A DNA stretch of 64,000 nucleotides from a virus, in the IMG/VR virus record IMGVR_UViG_3300049016_000031, positions 7,362-71,361 of that record. One strand, 5' to 3'. The position numbers were made by a program, and so were the translations under genes. The notes beneath the pieces are model-generated. The model was not told where the DNA came from, made no database searches, and worked only from the letters and a program-made list of their open reading frames with translations. Positions 43,019 to 53,451 of the stretch are shown piece after piece. How positions within the stretch are numbered: position 1 is the first letter of the stretch; every line of letters starts with the position of its first letter.

Positions 43019-45637
43019 ATGGGCGTTAGTATTGTTCCAAGAATACCTGATAGAATTCAGGACATGCAAGATTTTCAGGGCCCTCCTGTTGATGGCGGCG
43101 CCCTTGTGTACAGTGCTGCGTTGTCAAAGTACGTGTCTGAGAACGTTGCTATTGATGACGAAGTTGTGCATAACACTGGGAATGAGTCTGTAGATGGGAA
43201 TAAAAGTTTTACCGGTAGTACAGTATTTAATACAATAACTCTTGGAAATACTGTTCAGATTGCTCAGCGGTATTTGTACGCTAATGTGGTTTTCAGCAAC
43301 TCCGGTCTGACTTACGGACAAGAGAATATTTATCAAAACAATTTGGCCGCGACAGCAACTGTAGCTGGAAAATTTAATGCTATAGGCAATCATCCGTCAG
43401 GCAATATGATTTTACTGTTTGGACTCAATGGAGCCGTGAGCAATATCAACGCTGGTACAGTCACACAGCTTGTAGCTTTGAGTTATTCGGCAAATTCCAG
43501 CGGCAGCGGAGCGGTTGCTGATTTGAAAGGCGCGGACATTCAAGCTAATCAATCGAGTAGTGGAAATGTTACCCGGCTGAAAGCCGTTGATGTTCAGATC
43601 AACGTTAACACAACCGGTACACTCACTGATTTAATTATTGGTGATTTTCGCGGAGGTATCGTTGCAACCGGTGGTTTGACTAATTTCTACGGAGTTAGAA
43701 TTGGAAATATTACAGGTTCCGCGACTCCAACGAACAGCTATGGAATTTACGTTGACGCAAGCATTGATAAAGGCACTGTCCTAAAATATGCATTATATTC
43801 TCTGTCGACCTCTCCTTCACTTCTCAGCGGTTCGATTCAAGCCACTTCGTTTATTGGTGATGGTTCGAGTCTGACGGCGCTCAACGCTTCCAACATCGCA
43901 AGCGGCACTCTGGACGATGCTCGGTTGTCCTCAAACATTGCGACTAAAGCCTATGCAGATGCACTTGTGGTGGGCTTGATTGATGATCGCGGAAGTTTTG
44001 ATGCAAGTGGAAATGTCTTCCCATCATCAGGTGGTTCTGGTACGGCTGGTGTAATCTTAAAAGGTGATCTCTGGTTTATTTCGGTTGCTGGCATCTTAGG
44101 CGGTGTTGCTGTTACTGCTGGTGATTCGGTTCGAGCATTGGTCGATACACCAGGTCAGACCGCTGGCAATTGGTCGGTTTTGGAAAGCAATTTGACTTAC
44201 GTTCCTGAGAACGTCGCTAACAAAGCAACCGGTTTTGGGGTCCTAAATGATACGCTTTACCCAACCGTCCAAGCGGTTTCGAGTTACGCGCAGCCGCTTA
44301 ATGCTAACCTGACGACCTACGCGGGGATCGCACCCAGTGCTGACGTGCAAACGCTTTTGGGTGCAGCGAATTTCGCAACATTCCGTACAAGTCTTGGCGT
44401 AGCCATTGGCTCAGACGTGCAGGCGTTTTCGGCGCGGCTTGACGAAATTGCGGTGATTGGTTTGGCGCTCCAGCAAATCAGAGTAAATGCAGGTGGGACG
44501 GCTTTAGAATATTTTACGTCATCGGCAAGCGGCGCAAACACTTCGTTATCAAACTTGGCATCAGTCGCCATAAATACCGACCTGCTCCCAGCCTCAACTC
44601 AGGGGCTAGGCAATGCATCGTTTCCCTTCCTTAGCTGTTTTATTGGTAATACAACGCAATATGAAAGTGTGAGTCAAAGCGCGGGATTGATTACTCATTC
44701 AGCGTTAGGCAGCGCAACAAATATTGGGTTTACATTTACTCCTAAAGGGGTCGGTAGTTTTACTATTGGAGGAAGTCAAGCGGCAAATAGTACCGTCCCG
44801 CAACTCCAAATAGGGCCATCAGCGCAAACAGGTTTCAATACTGCTTTTGCGAACCTGGGAGCATCGGGTGGAAATATTGTTGTAATTGCAGCCGGTTCTC
44901 CGGTTATGGGATTCAGTGGTGCAACAGCAAATGCCGTTATTGCTAGCCCGCGAATGTTGGCATTTGCCAGCGGCAGTAATTTTGCTACACCCGATGTCGC
45001 AATTAAGCGAAATGGAATCGGTATTATCGAATTTAATAATGCAACGGCTGGTCAATGGGCATCAATTTTAGTCGGGGTTCGAGATGCCGGCACAACTACC
45101 GTCACCAATGGCTTGACTGTCGGACATCAATCCACAGGGACACCGGCGGCGGGGTTTGGTAGCGCGATTCTGTTCAATATAAATTCCTCGACGACCGCTG
45201 ACCAGAACGCTGGTCAAATCGCCATGCTTTGGACTACAGCGACCCACGCCAGCCGCACGGCAGACTTTGTAGTTTCTTTAGTTAACGCTGGAGCGGCTCT
45301 TGCTGAAAAATTTCGAGTTACTGCTACTGGAAACTTAAATATTGTCGAAGCAGGAAATATCGTGGTTGGAACTTCTACTGGGACAAAGGTCGCGACAGAC
45401 GTATCCCAGAAACTTGGATTTTGGAATGCTACCCCAATAGTTCAACCTTCCGGGTCAGCGCAAGCTGCATTGACGAATTCGACTGGTGGAACTGGGAATG
45501 GCACTCTTGAAGATGTTGCAACTGTTGGAGTAGCTGACCCGGCAAAGATAAATAATAATTTTACAGAGCTGTTCACTTTGCTAGATGCTATGAGAACAGC
45601 GGCAGTAAATTCTGGATTAATTAAAGGTGCAGCATAA
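43019..45637 (+). CDS. tail fibre / fibre-like protein (872 aa)
   Basis: Gly/Ser/Thr/Ala-rich repeats. Conserved fibre motif GSIQATSFIGDGSSLTALNASNIASGTLDDARL. Confidence 0.6.
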   Translation: MGVSIVPRIPDRIQDMQDFQGPPVDGGALVYSAALSKYVSENVAIDDEVVHNTGNESVDGNKSFTGSTVFNTITLGNTVQIAQRYLYANVVFSNSGLTYGQENIYQNNLAATATVAGKFNAIGNHPSGNMILLFGLNGAVSNINAGTVTQLVALSYSANSSGSGAVADLKGADIQANQSSSGNVTRLKAVDVQINVNTTGTLTDLIIGDFRGGIVATGGLTNFYGVRIGNITGSATPTNSYGIYVDASIDKGTVLKYALYSLSTSPSLLSGSIQATSFIGDGSSLTALNASNIASGTLDDARLSSNIATKAYADALVVGLIDDRGSFDASGNVFPSSGGSGTAGVILKGDLWFISVAGILGGVAVTAGDSVRALVDTPGQTAGNWSVLESNLTYVPENVANKATGFGVLNDTLYPTVQAVSSYAQPLNANLTTYAGIAPSADVQTLLGAANFATFRTSLGVAIGSDVQAFSARLDEIAVIGLALQQIRVNAGGTALEYFTSSASGANTSLSNLASVAINTDLLPASTQGLGNASFPFLSCFIGNTTQYESVSQSAGLITHSALGSATNIGFTFTPKGVGSFTIGGSQAANSTVPQLQIGPSAQTGFNTAFANLGASGGNIVVIAAGSPVMGFSGATANAVIASPRMLAFASGSNFATPDVAIKRNGIGIIEFNNATAGQWASILVGVRDAGTTTVTNGLTVGHQSTGTPAAGFGSAILFNINSSTTADQNAGQIAMLWTTATHASRTADFVVSLVNAGAALAEKFRVTATGNLNIVEAGNIVVGTSTGTKVATDVSQKLGFWNATPIVQPSGSAQAALTNSTGGTGNGTLEDVATVGVADPAKINNNFTELFTLLDAMRTAAVNSGLIKGAA

Positions 45638-45660
45638 ATAAACGAGCAAGGGAGAGGTGC

Positions 45661-45981
45661 ATGAGTGAAAAAAGAAGTAGTAAACAACTGGAGGTAAAAG
45701 CAATGGGAAAAGCGCAAGATAACAAACAGTCAGATTTCTTTTCTAATGCTAGGGCGTATTCTAAGATGATATACGACGGTGTGAATGGATTAAAAAATTT
45801 GCAGAATCAATTTAATTACGGAGGGTACGGTCCTGGCGGACCGAATCCGCTTCCTCCTGGAATTGGCGAAAATGATGGAATAACTTCTGCAGAGGTTAGC
45901 GCAGTTGTATTTGATACTGCTGATGCGTTAAGTACAACATTAAATAGTGGTCACGGCGCTAATATTGAAAAATTGTTGTAG
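45661..45981 (+). CDS. hypothetical protein (106 aa)
   Basis: GGAGAGGTGC RBS. Confidence 0.4.
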   Translation: MSEKRSSKQLEVKAMGKAQDNKQSDFFSNARAYSKMIYDGVNGLKNLQNQFNYGGYGPGGPNPLPPGIGENDGITSAEVSAVVFDTADALSTTLNSGHGANIEKLL

Positions 45982-45989
45982 GAAAATAA

Positions 45990-46706
45990 ATGCCTTACAG
46001 AATAACACTTGGTTTACCTCTTGGGACAAGTAACATCGGACTTACCTTATACGCTCGCCTATTTGAAACAGATGATGTTCAGGTAGGTGCGGATATAACA
46101 GAAGGATTCACGGAGCTTGGTCAAGGCGGGTATTCTTGGGATTACGCATCCGTGCCGACAGGATTTCGGGGTTGGATTCGATTTTACCGCGACTCTGATG
46201 ACGAGCAGGTCAGCTCTGCTGTTGTTACTCCAGAGGATGTCGAGCGCATCTTGCACCTTGACGCTGATATAAGTTCTATCTCTAGTGAGGACGTTCCAGA
46301 TCCGTGGACAGTGGACCTTCCTGGTACTTATGACCCGGGAGAAGCTGGATACATTCTCGGCCAGTTATCCGGGGCGACCCAGATTGGGTCGGTAGCGCCA
46401 ACTATAACAGATGCTGGTGATATTCTTTTGATTAAGGGAAATGATTACCTTGGGTCGAGTAAGATTGTAATCACAGATTCAGGGGACTGGCCGAGTCTTG
46501 CGAATGCCACTGTGTGGATGGAAGTATTTGGGTCGGAACTTGAGATGGAAGTTATAAGCATCGGCGACCCGCAGACAGTTGGTCTTGAGCTTGATGACGC
46601 GGTTACTCAAGACCTTCCGTTGAATCGGTACAACTTTAAGATAAGGACGCAGTTGACAAATGGTGATAAGAAGGTCCTTGGAACTGGAAGAATAATATTC
46701 TCCTAG
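45990..46706 (+). CDS. hypothetical structural protein (238 aa)
   Basis: Clean ORF. Confidence 0.45.
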   Translation: MPYRITLGLPLGTSNIGLTLYARLFETDDVQVGADITEGFTELGQGGYSWDYASVPTGFRGWIRFYRDSDDEQVSSAVVTPEDVERILHLDADISSISSEDVPDPWTVDLPGTYDPGEAGYILGQLSGATQIGSVAPTITDAGDILLIKGNDYLGSSKIVITDSGDWPSLANATVWMEVFGSELEMEVISIGDPQTVGLELDDAVTQDLPLNRYNFKIRTQLTNGDKKVLGTGRIIFS

Positions 46707-46752
46707 TGTACTTTGGCTCGGCTTTAATATAAGATTGAATTGGAGGTTTGAT

Positions 46753-47151
46753 ATGTTTACGCACACAATAACTCGAAAGTGGTCTTCTGCTGGAGCATCG
46801 CTATCAAAGGCAGAATCTCTTACAGGTAGCGGCGAGGTGAATGTTGATCAAGCAGTTGATGCAAGTGAACCTGATTTGCTTGTTTCTTACGCAGTTCTTG
46901 TTGACCAGCTTCGCTCGTTATATATCTTGTCGACGACAGATATTGTTATCACACCTCATGACTCTGGGGATTCCCCCTTGGATACTATTGAGTTATCCGC
47001 AAACATTCCATTTGAATGGACCTATACAAGCGGTCTTGATAACCCTTACAGCGATGATGTCGCATCACTTCACGTAGAAAATCTCGACGCGACAGAGGGG
47101 TTGCTTAGCATGCGAACCTTGATTGATGCATCTCCGTTAACGTTGTCGTAA
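46753..47151 (+). CDS. hypothetical structural protein (about 132 aa)
   Basis: TGGAGGTTTGAT RBS before ATG 46753. Confidence 0.4.
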   Translation: MFTHTITRKWSSAGASLSKAESLTGSGEVNVDQAVDASEPDLLVSYAVLVDQLRSLYILSTTDIVITPHDSGDSPLDTIELSANIPFEWTYTSGLDNPYSDDVASLHVENLDATEGLLSMRTLIDASPLTLS

Positions 47152-47261
47152 ATTTTATGGGCAAACCGGGCTATAACCCGTAGTCCTGGCCAGCGCCATG
47201 CGGTTTCCAGTATTTGAGAGAAACGCAGCCGCAGGCCAGGGCGCGCCCCCAAGAGGTAAAA

Positions 47262-48224
47262 ATGAGTAATAGAAGAATACAACTCCGGGTCGCGTATAGT
47301 TCAATTTGGGCTGAGCAATCCGCTTTCGGAGTACCACTTGACAACGCAGACCTTGATGCTGTTATTGTAACTCGTGAAGGTGGGCAATCGCACATTGAGC
47401 CAGTCTTTAAGACTGAGGATCTTAATGATTGTACAACACAGTATCTCTTAGATTTGATTGTCCTTCACAGACTCGGCCGACTTACCCTAGACCTCGAGGT
47501 TGATAAGGACATTCTTGCCGGTCTCTTGAAGTACGCCCTCGGGGTTGAATCCGGATCAAATAGGTTCATGCTTGGACCAACGGTCTTAATTCTTCCAGCT
47601 ACTACATTCATTGTGGGTTTTGCGGATGATGAGGATCCTGGGATTGTGTTATCTGACGCAGTGTGTGAGTCTCTTGTTATCACCGGACAGATAGAACAGA
47701 AGTTTCAGGTGCAAGCAGTATTCGTAGGTCGGGGTGACATGCCTGACGCGGATTATACATTTCCGGATTGCGAGACAATTACGCCGCTCCGATTCGACCA
47801 GAATGCTGAATTCTTTTGGGGAGCTACGGATTATATTGACGAGACCCGGCGGGTTGTGTTAACCTACAATAACAATCTTCCCCTCAACGATTTTCCCTTC
47901 TCCCTGGGGTCGGTAGATATCGCCCGACCTTTAGAACGCGGCGACAAGCGAACTGTTACGATAGACTGGACAGTCACAGGCCGTGAAAATGATACCCTGG
48001 GTCGCCAGGGACTTACGATTCCCCCGACTCATGATGATTGGTCTTTAAGAATCGGCGACCCCGGGGTCGTGTTCCAGGCAGACGATGCCATGATTCGACC
48101 TTCAAGTGGTCAGTACCAAGTATGGGACGGCGAGGTGTCATTAGCATGCTTGGCGATTCAGTTGACGCCTATTCGCGTTCCTGGAGATGTTGCAACTCCG
48201 ATGAACGCTTCTATTGATGCATAA
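47262..48224 (+). CDS. major tail protein (putative, 320 aa)
   Basis: AGAGGTAAAA RBS. Immediately upstream of the chaperone pair and tape-measure gene. Confidence 0.55.
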   Translation: MSNRRIQLRVAYSSIWAEQSAFGVPLDNADLDAVIVTREGGQSHIEPVFKTEDLNDCTTQYLLDLIVLHRLGRLTLDLEVDKDILAGLLKYALGVESGSNRFMLGPTVLILPATTFIVGFADDEDPGIVLSDAVCESLVITGQIEQKFQVQAVFVGRGDMPDADYTFPDCETITPLRFDQNAEFFWGATDYIDETRRVVLTYNNNLPLNDFPFSLGSVDIARPLERGDKRTVTIDWTVTGRENDTLGRQGLTIPPTHDDWSLRIGDPGVVFQADDAMIRPSSGQYQVWDGEVSLACLAIQLTPIRVPGDVATPMNASIDA

Positions 48225-48308
48225 AGGAGTAGTATGAAATATTTTTACGCGTCCAGGCCAAATATGAAGTCCGGCGCGCACCAACTTAAATCTTAAACGA
48301 AAGGAAAT

Positions 48309-48767
48309 TTGTGTATGAAGGATGTGCCAAAGTTTATTGAAGTCGAGCTGGATTATTCCTGGTGTGAAAATCCAATTGTTTTCGTATTCTTGCGCCGGAG
48401 AAAAAAAGATGCAGAATTAGAGGATCGGGAGCGGATGCTTGGAGATGGCAAAAAACTAAAGCCGGCGACTAAGCTTGCGAGACTTGTTGAGAATATTAAG
48501 GGATTTCCGGGTCTCGACCCCCGGGGGCTTGAGGAGGCAGAGGAAGCATATAGGACCAGAGTCGAAACGTTCTTTACCAATGAAGATGGTCAAGAGTTCG
48601 CTGAAGACGCTCTCTTGTATAAGCAGGCGGCAGTCTTCCCGAGGTTACTTTTTCGGGGCACTGAGAATCACAGCTTGGAAGTCAATCCAGTCGGCCAGAC
48701 AGCAGGAAGAGAATCCATTTTACCACTGCTCGAGGTGCCTGCGAGCGGAGAGGGATCTTCCAAATAA
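48309..48767 (+). CDS. tail assembly chaperone (gpG-like)
   Basis: Acidic 152-aa ORF directly upstream of the tape-measure gene, overlapped in the -1 frame by the next ORF. Confidence 0.5.
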   Translation: MCMKDVPKFIEVELDYSWCENPIVFVFLRRRKKDAELEDRERMLGDGKKLKPATKLARLVENIKGFPGLDPRGLEEAEEAYRTRVETFFTNEDGQEFAEDALLYKQAAVFPRLLFRGTENHSLEVNPVGQTAGRESILPLLEVPASGEGSSK

Positions 48768-49047
48768 CTGCCCTAAGTGCCCGTTTACCGATGACATAAA
48801 GCTCTTAAAGAAAAAGATTCGCGCTGAATGCGTTAAGAGATACTCAAGGGCCATGTTGTACGAAATATGGCCCTTTGATTTTGGCATCGAATTTATCCTC
48901 GACGCTTATGGCTCGGTAAGTTCTGCTCTTTCAAACAATGATGAGAAGATAAGTGGTAAGTGGGATGAGACGTTCGCTGGTATGGCAATGGTTGTATTAG
49001 GCGAAAGGGCGCAATTCAGGGCGGAAGAAAAGATATTGCAGGGATAA
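48475..49047 (+). CDS. tail assembly chaperone -1 frameshift extension (gpGT-like C-terminal part)
   Basis: -1 frame relative to 48309..48767 and open across its 3' third. Ends 1 nt before the tape-measure ATG. Confidence 0.45.
   Translation: MRDLLRILRDFRVSTPGGLRRQRKHIGPESKRSLPMKMVKSSLKTLSCISRRQSSRGYFFGALRITAWKSIQSARQQEENPFYHCSRCLRAERDLPNNCPKCPFTDDIKLLKKKIRAECVKRYSRAMLYEIWPFDFGIEFILDAYGSVSSALSNNDEKISGKWDETFAGMAMVVLGERAQFRAEEKILQG
48640..48767 (+). other. region of presumed -1 programmed ribosomal frameshift joining chaperone ORFs 48309..48767 and 48475..49047
   Basis: The second ORF is in the -1 frame and open throughout the overlap. A U-rich stretch CUUUUUC at about 48649 is a possible slip site; the exact site is not determined. 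Confidence 0.35.
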
Positions 49048-49048
49048 T

Positions 49049-51286
49049 ATGTCTTCAAGAAGTGATACAGTTCGAGTTCGGTTCGTGGTTGAGGGAGGCG
49101 CTAACGTCAATAGCGCCCTCTCCGAGCAGAAGTCCCTCATTACATCTCTTGAACAAAAGTATGCTGATGCTGATAACCGTCTTAAGACGCTGAATAAGAC
49201 GATGGAATTTCTCCAGCAAATTGGCGTAAAGGCAAATCAAGCCATAAGTTCTGAATTTATTAAGACTTCTAAGGAGACTGAAAATTTCGGCCGCCAACTT
49301 ATCAAAGCTAGGGAGGAGATGGAAAAGCTTGGTAAGGCCCAAGATAAGTTAAAAACTTCTACTCCTCAAGGAACCGCGCTTCCAATAACTGCAGCAAGTG
49401 GACAAGCTGCTATCGGCGGAAATTTCAACCAAATAATTGGGCAACAGGATCTCCTCCGAAGTCGATTTGAAAGATCCGCGCAAGCATTGACCAAAGTAAA
49501 GGAAGAAACAGATAAGGCAACCGGGTCGATGCGAAGCCTTCAGGGAGCCTCCCTCCTTACAACCTCTATACTTACTAAGGCCGGTGTGCCGGGAGCCGAG
49601 GCAATATCAGTCATCTTCAGACAGTTTGCTGAAGAGGGCTTAACTATTGATAAACTTCTAACCAGTAAAACGTTCGCTTTTGGTGTTATAAGTGCCCTCG
49701 TTATTGGGTCGACCCAAGCATTAAAGAGTGTTGCGGATGACATTAATGCTAGTGCCCAGAGTTTGTTAAAAGCGCAAGAACAATTTTCAAGGGTTAGTCG
49801 AATTGGACAACAGGGAGGGTCTGCACAAGCAGAAGCAGATCTTAGAAAATTAGAGCGCGCGCAAAGAGATGTTAATTTTGAACGCGAGCGTGGTAATGCT
49901 ATACGCGCGGCAGAAATTGCTAGAACTGAAATTGGAGGTGGTGCTAGTGAGCAAGAATTAGGCCGGCTTCAAAATGAACTAAGACGACTTCAACAACAAA
50001 AATCGTTCGCTCCTGCTATATTCGGTGGACCAACAGCAGATGATATTAGAAAAGCTCAGAATGAACTTACGGCGGCTATTGGTGGCAATAGTTCTCCACA
50101 AGTTCAGGATGCTTTACTTGCCAAAGCTCGGAGGGATTTCAGCGAGCGTCAATTAAAATTACTTAAAGATGCAGATCCAAGTAATGTATTTAATCAGACT
50201 TTCAATAGTCTTCAAGACCAAGCAAGAACTACTGGAAGAACCAAAGAGCTTAAAGAATTTATTGATACTCTTAAGCAAATGGCGGAAGCGGGTGCACTTG
50301 GGTACGAAGCACTGGCTAAGGGAACGGATAAATTTAAGCAATCCTTAGAAGATGTTGAAGATCTGCAAAAAAGAATAAGTTTTATTAACCAAAAACTTAC
50401 GAGTGATTTTGCTAAGGTCAATAAAGAATTTGATTTGGCGCGAGACTTTAATTCATCGTTAGCTGAATTACGTAAAGCTTCTTCGGATAATCCACTTGCT
50501 AGAGTGTTTGAGGTTGCCAAAGACAGACAAGATAAGTTTATGGAAAAGTTCTCAACCCTTAGTGCGGAGCGAATTCAAAAATGGAAAGAAGAAAATAAAA
50601 AAGTTTTAGAACTTGACATCTTCAAGGCCAACTTTGGTGAGCAACTCGGTATCTTCAAACTAGGGTCGGAAATTAGTAAACTCGGAGCGTTTGGAGTTTT
50701 TGGAAATACAGAAGCTATTGAGAAGGCTAACCGAGACCGCGTAAACCTTGCGAGACTTAGGGAAGCCCGAGAGACTGGAAACTCAGAAGAGGAGTTTCTA
50801 GCTAAGAATGCAATAAGCGGAGGAATTGCCGGAGAACTTCAGGCTAAGATTAGACAAGCCCGTGACGCTAGGCAATTGGTTAAGGTTGCGGAACTTGAGA
50901 ATGAGCTAGATCAGTTTACCAGGTCGGAGGCTGAGAAACGGTTTGGTCGTTCCGCTCTCGACCAAGAGTTACAATTTTTGAACCAGAGGTCGCTATTAGC
51001 AAAAGACCCGCAGGAACAGCGTCTTGTCCTTGACAAGATACTTGAATTGACCAATAATTTGCAATCGTTAAACTCTGATCAGCGAAACACTAGGCTCAAG
51101 TCACTTCAACAACGGTTAGCGCTTGGTGAGGCTGCTAGGCAGAAGGTGATCATTGAGATAAATAATAGGTCAGATCTAGCAACGACTAGGACTGAAGAAA
51201 TACTTGGACCAGAACCGACCCCACAGTCCGGATCGCAAACAAGTCCGGCGTCAAATTTTGGTGGGTCGTATAGGAATGATTATTAA
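49049..51286 (+). CDS. tape measure protein
   Basis: 745 aa, overwhelmingly helical/coiled-coil (Ala/Lys/Glu/Gln-rich), after the chaperone pair. Confidence 0.8.
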   Translation: MSSRSDTVRVRFVVEGGANVNSALSEQKSLITSLEQKYADADNRLKTLNKTMEFLQQIGVKANQAISSEFIKTSKETENFGRQLIKAREEMEKLGKAQDKLKTSTPQGTALPITAASGQAAIGGNFNQIIGQQDLLRSRFERSAQALTKVKEETDKATGSMRSLQGASLLTTSILTKAGVPGAEAISVIFRQFAEEGLTIDKLLTSKTFAFGVISALVIGSTQALKSVADDINASAQSLLKAQEQFSRVSRIGQQGGSAQAEADLRKLERAQRDVNFERERGNAIRAAEIARTEIGGGASEQELGRLQNELRRLQQQKSFAPAIFGGPTADDIRKAQNELTAAIGGNSSPQVQDALLAKARRDFSERQLKLLKDADPSNVFNQTFNSLQDQARTTGRTKELKEFIDTLKQMAEAGALGYEALAKGTDKFKQSLEDVEDLQKRISFINQKLTSDFAKVNKEFDLARDFNSSLAELRKASSDNPLARVFEVAKDRQDKFMEKFSTLSAERIQKWKEENKKVLELDIFKANFGEQLGIFKLGSEISKLGAFGVFGNTEAIEKANRDRVNLARLREARETGNSEEEFLAKNAISGGIAGELQAKIRQARDARQLVKVAELENELDQFTRSEAEKRFGRSALDQELQFLNQRSLLAKDPQEQRLVLDKILELTNNLQSLNSDQRNTRLKSLQQRLALGEAARQKVIIEINNRSDLATTRTEEILGPEPTPQSGSQTSPASNFGGSYRNDY

Positions 51287-51699
51287 TGGCAGCATTTACT
51301 TGGGCACAGGGATCAATTGAGGGAATTGAGCTAAATGTTAGCGGCGACCCTGTGCTGTGTTTTATTCTTGACGGAGCTAACCTTCAACCGCGGCGTTTTG
51401 TGAACAATAAGACTGCAGCCGATGGGTCGATATACACCCAGGGTTTTGATACCGGGGGTCGCGGGGCGAGGTTCGGTGTTCGGTTTGATAATATTCCAGT
51501 GTCCATGTTGCAGCAAATTATCGAAGCAATTAACACGGCTATTGATAATAATGAAAGCTTTCACGTTGACTTAGAAGATGACTTTCAAGTTGTTGATGCT
51601 GATTGTAAGGTGGATGGATCGGCGTGGCTGTCTTATCCAGAGCAAATAACTAACGAAAGCTTCTTAGCAGAAGTCACAATGCGATTTATTACCACTTAG
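51286..51699 (+). CDS. tail protein (137 aa)
   Basis: Start overlaps the tape-measure stop (TAATG). Confidence 0.45.
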   Translation: MAAFTWAQGSIEGIELNVSGDPVLCFILDGANLQPRRFVNNKTAADGSIYTQGFDTGGRGARFGVRFDNIPVSMLQQIIEAINTAIDNNESFHVDLEDDFQVVDADCKVDGSAWLSYPEQITNESFLAEVTMRFITT

Positions 51700-51706
51700 G
51701 AAAGTT

Positions 51707-52741
51707 ATGGCAGGATTGGTAGCAAAAATTTTAATAAACGAAGTCTGGGTAGAGGTAGGATCCAGGGAGACTGCCCTCGTCGGTACACCACTCACGTCGC
51801 ATGAAGCCGCGATAGACGCCATTGTTCTCTCTGACTCATACCGCTTGACATTCTCTAATGTAATTCCAGGAGTATCCTCTGACGTCCTAGTGACCACGGG
51901 CTCGTCTGCTAATCCATACGATCAGACTAGCATCTCTGTTAACCTAGACGCTTCTACTGAGCACCTAGACCTCATTCCTGGGGTTACTCTTATATTTTCA
52001 GACGATCCAGAGTTCGACGATACCTGGGAAGTGACCCTTCTAATTGGTGTGCCGTTCGGCCTAGTAAATGCATTTCCTCCGGAATCCGGGTCGGCCAGCA
52101 ATCAAACACGAATTCAAGTTGAGAATACCGGGTCGCGATCTGGGTCGTCCTGCTTTGTTACAATTCTAAATATTGTGAAGCGCGTTGTAAAGGTAGGATC
52201 GGTGTTCCAGAGTATGGAGCAATTTTCAGAGGATGCTGAATCAAAAATTACTCTTGGTGTGACGTCTCCGTACTTGGTAGAAGTTTCAAATGTCTCCGGG
52301 ATCGGGCCAGCTAAGACTATGGATCTAGATATTGATGGCTCTCCTGTGGACGTTACGAATTTATCTTCTGGTATTGAAACATCTTCAGTTGGCTTAAACG
52401 TTGTAGATGCGTACAGAGTAACAAGTTCTGGGGACCTAGAGGGCGTAGAATTCAAACTTTCTGAAGATGCGTCTAACGGTGACCAGGAAAACGTGCTTGT
52501 ATTCGATTCAGAGTACGTCCAAATAGCAGCAGACACTGAGGGTGATCCGAGTGACTGGGGAATTGAGGACGTCACCCTTACAGAAGTTGACCAGTCAGAT
52601 GGGGTAATAACCGCCAGTGGGGTCGCGTACTTTCACATAAGACTTGTTGTAGGCGAGTTCGGAAATAAGTTATCAAATCCGTACCCGTGTAGTGTAGCAA
52701 TAAAAGGTTCAGCTATTGCAGATGCTGGTTGGACTGCGTAG
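51707..52741 (+). CDS. tail protein (344 aa), possible distal tail protein
   Basis: Assigned by position after the tape-measure gene. Confidence 0.45.
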   Translation: MAGLVAKILINEVWVEVGSRETALVGTPLTSHEAAIDAIVLSDSYRLTFSNVIPGVSSDVLVTTGSSANPYDQTSISVNLDASTEHLDLIPGVTLIFSDDPEFDDTWEVTLLIGVPFGLVNAFPPESGSASNQTRIQVENTGSRSGSSCFVTILNIVKRVVKVGSVFQSMEQFSEDAESKITLGVTSPYLVEVSNVSGIGPAKTMDLDIDGSPVDVTNLSSGIETSSVGLNVVDAYRVTSSGDLEGVEFKLSEDASNGDQENVLVFDSEYVQIAADTEGDPSDWGIEDVTLTEVDQSDGVITASGVAYFHIRLVVGEFGNKLSNPYPCSVAIKGSAIADAGWTA

Positions 52742-52749
52742 GAGAAAAT

Positions 52750-53202
52750 ATGAATGAATTTAGTGCGGTAAACAATAAGACAAATACCCAAAGCACGACT
52801 GTACCAATGTGGTGCTTGACTGGTGGAACAACCAGGCGCCTGGCTATTTTTGAAATGATGTTTGGGTCGGATGCGACGCCAGATGACCAGGTGGCTAAGT
52901 ACCAGTTGATGAGAACATCGGCCCGTGGGACCCAATCAACTACAATTACTCCAAATCCGCTCAACCCCGCGACTCCGGCTGCTGTTGCTACATTTGACAC
53001 AGCTTGGTCTGTTGATCCAACAATCACTGCTAGCTCGCAGCAGTGGCAGCAGGCTGTTAACCAGCGCGTGTCGTATAGGTGGTTAGCTGGACCAGACGGT
53101 GAGTACATTATTCCAGCTACCGCAGGTGCCGGACTTGCCTTGATTGCTGCCGTAGTAACTACAGCATTTAACGCTGTCTTTTCAACGCATTGGAGGGAGT
53201 AG
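52750..53202 (+). CDS. tail/baseplate protein (about 150 aa)
   Basis: AGGAGAAAAT RBS before ATG 52750. Confidence 0.45.
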   Translation: MNEFSAVNNKTNTQSTTVPMWCLTGGTTRRLAIFEMMFGSDATPDDQVAKYQLMRTSARGTQSTTITPNPLNPATPAAVATFDTAWSVDPTITASSQQWQQAVNQRVSYRWLAGPDGEYIIPATAGAGLALIAAVVTTAFNAVFSTHWRE

Positions 53203-53444
53203 TGCCAAAACAAAGTGGAATACTTATTGCTACATCCATTCATGGGGTCGTAGAGACCCCTACTTACAAGTGCGTTCATTGTGGCAGGCAATTTACTGTA
53301 ATTAGGGGAAGCGGGAAAATGCGGGGATTTTGTCAGCCTTGTGGTGGGGTAACTTGTGGTCAACCACGATGCTTTGATCATTTTCCATTTGAGAAACGCC
53401 TGGACTTGGTTGAAGCGGGCAAGATGCCCTTAATAGAATTGTAG
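53190..53444 (+). CDS. zinc-ribbon protein (84 aa)
   Basis: CVHCG...CQPCGGVTCG. Confidence 0.4.
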   Translation: MEGVVPKQSGILIATSIHGVVETPTYKCVHCGRQFTVIRGSGKMRGFCQPCGGVTCGQPRCFDHFPFEKRLDLVEAGKMPLIEL

Positions 53445-53451
53445 GATATTT

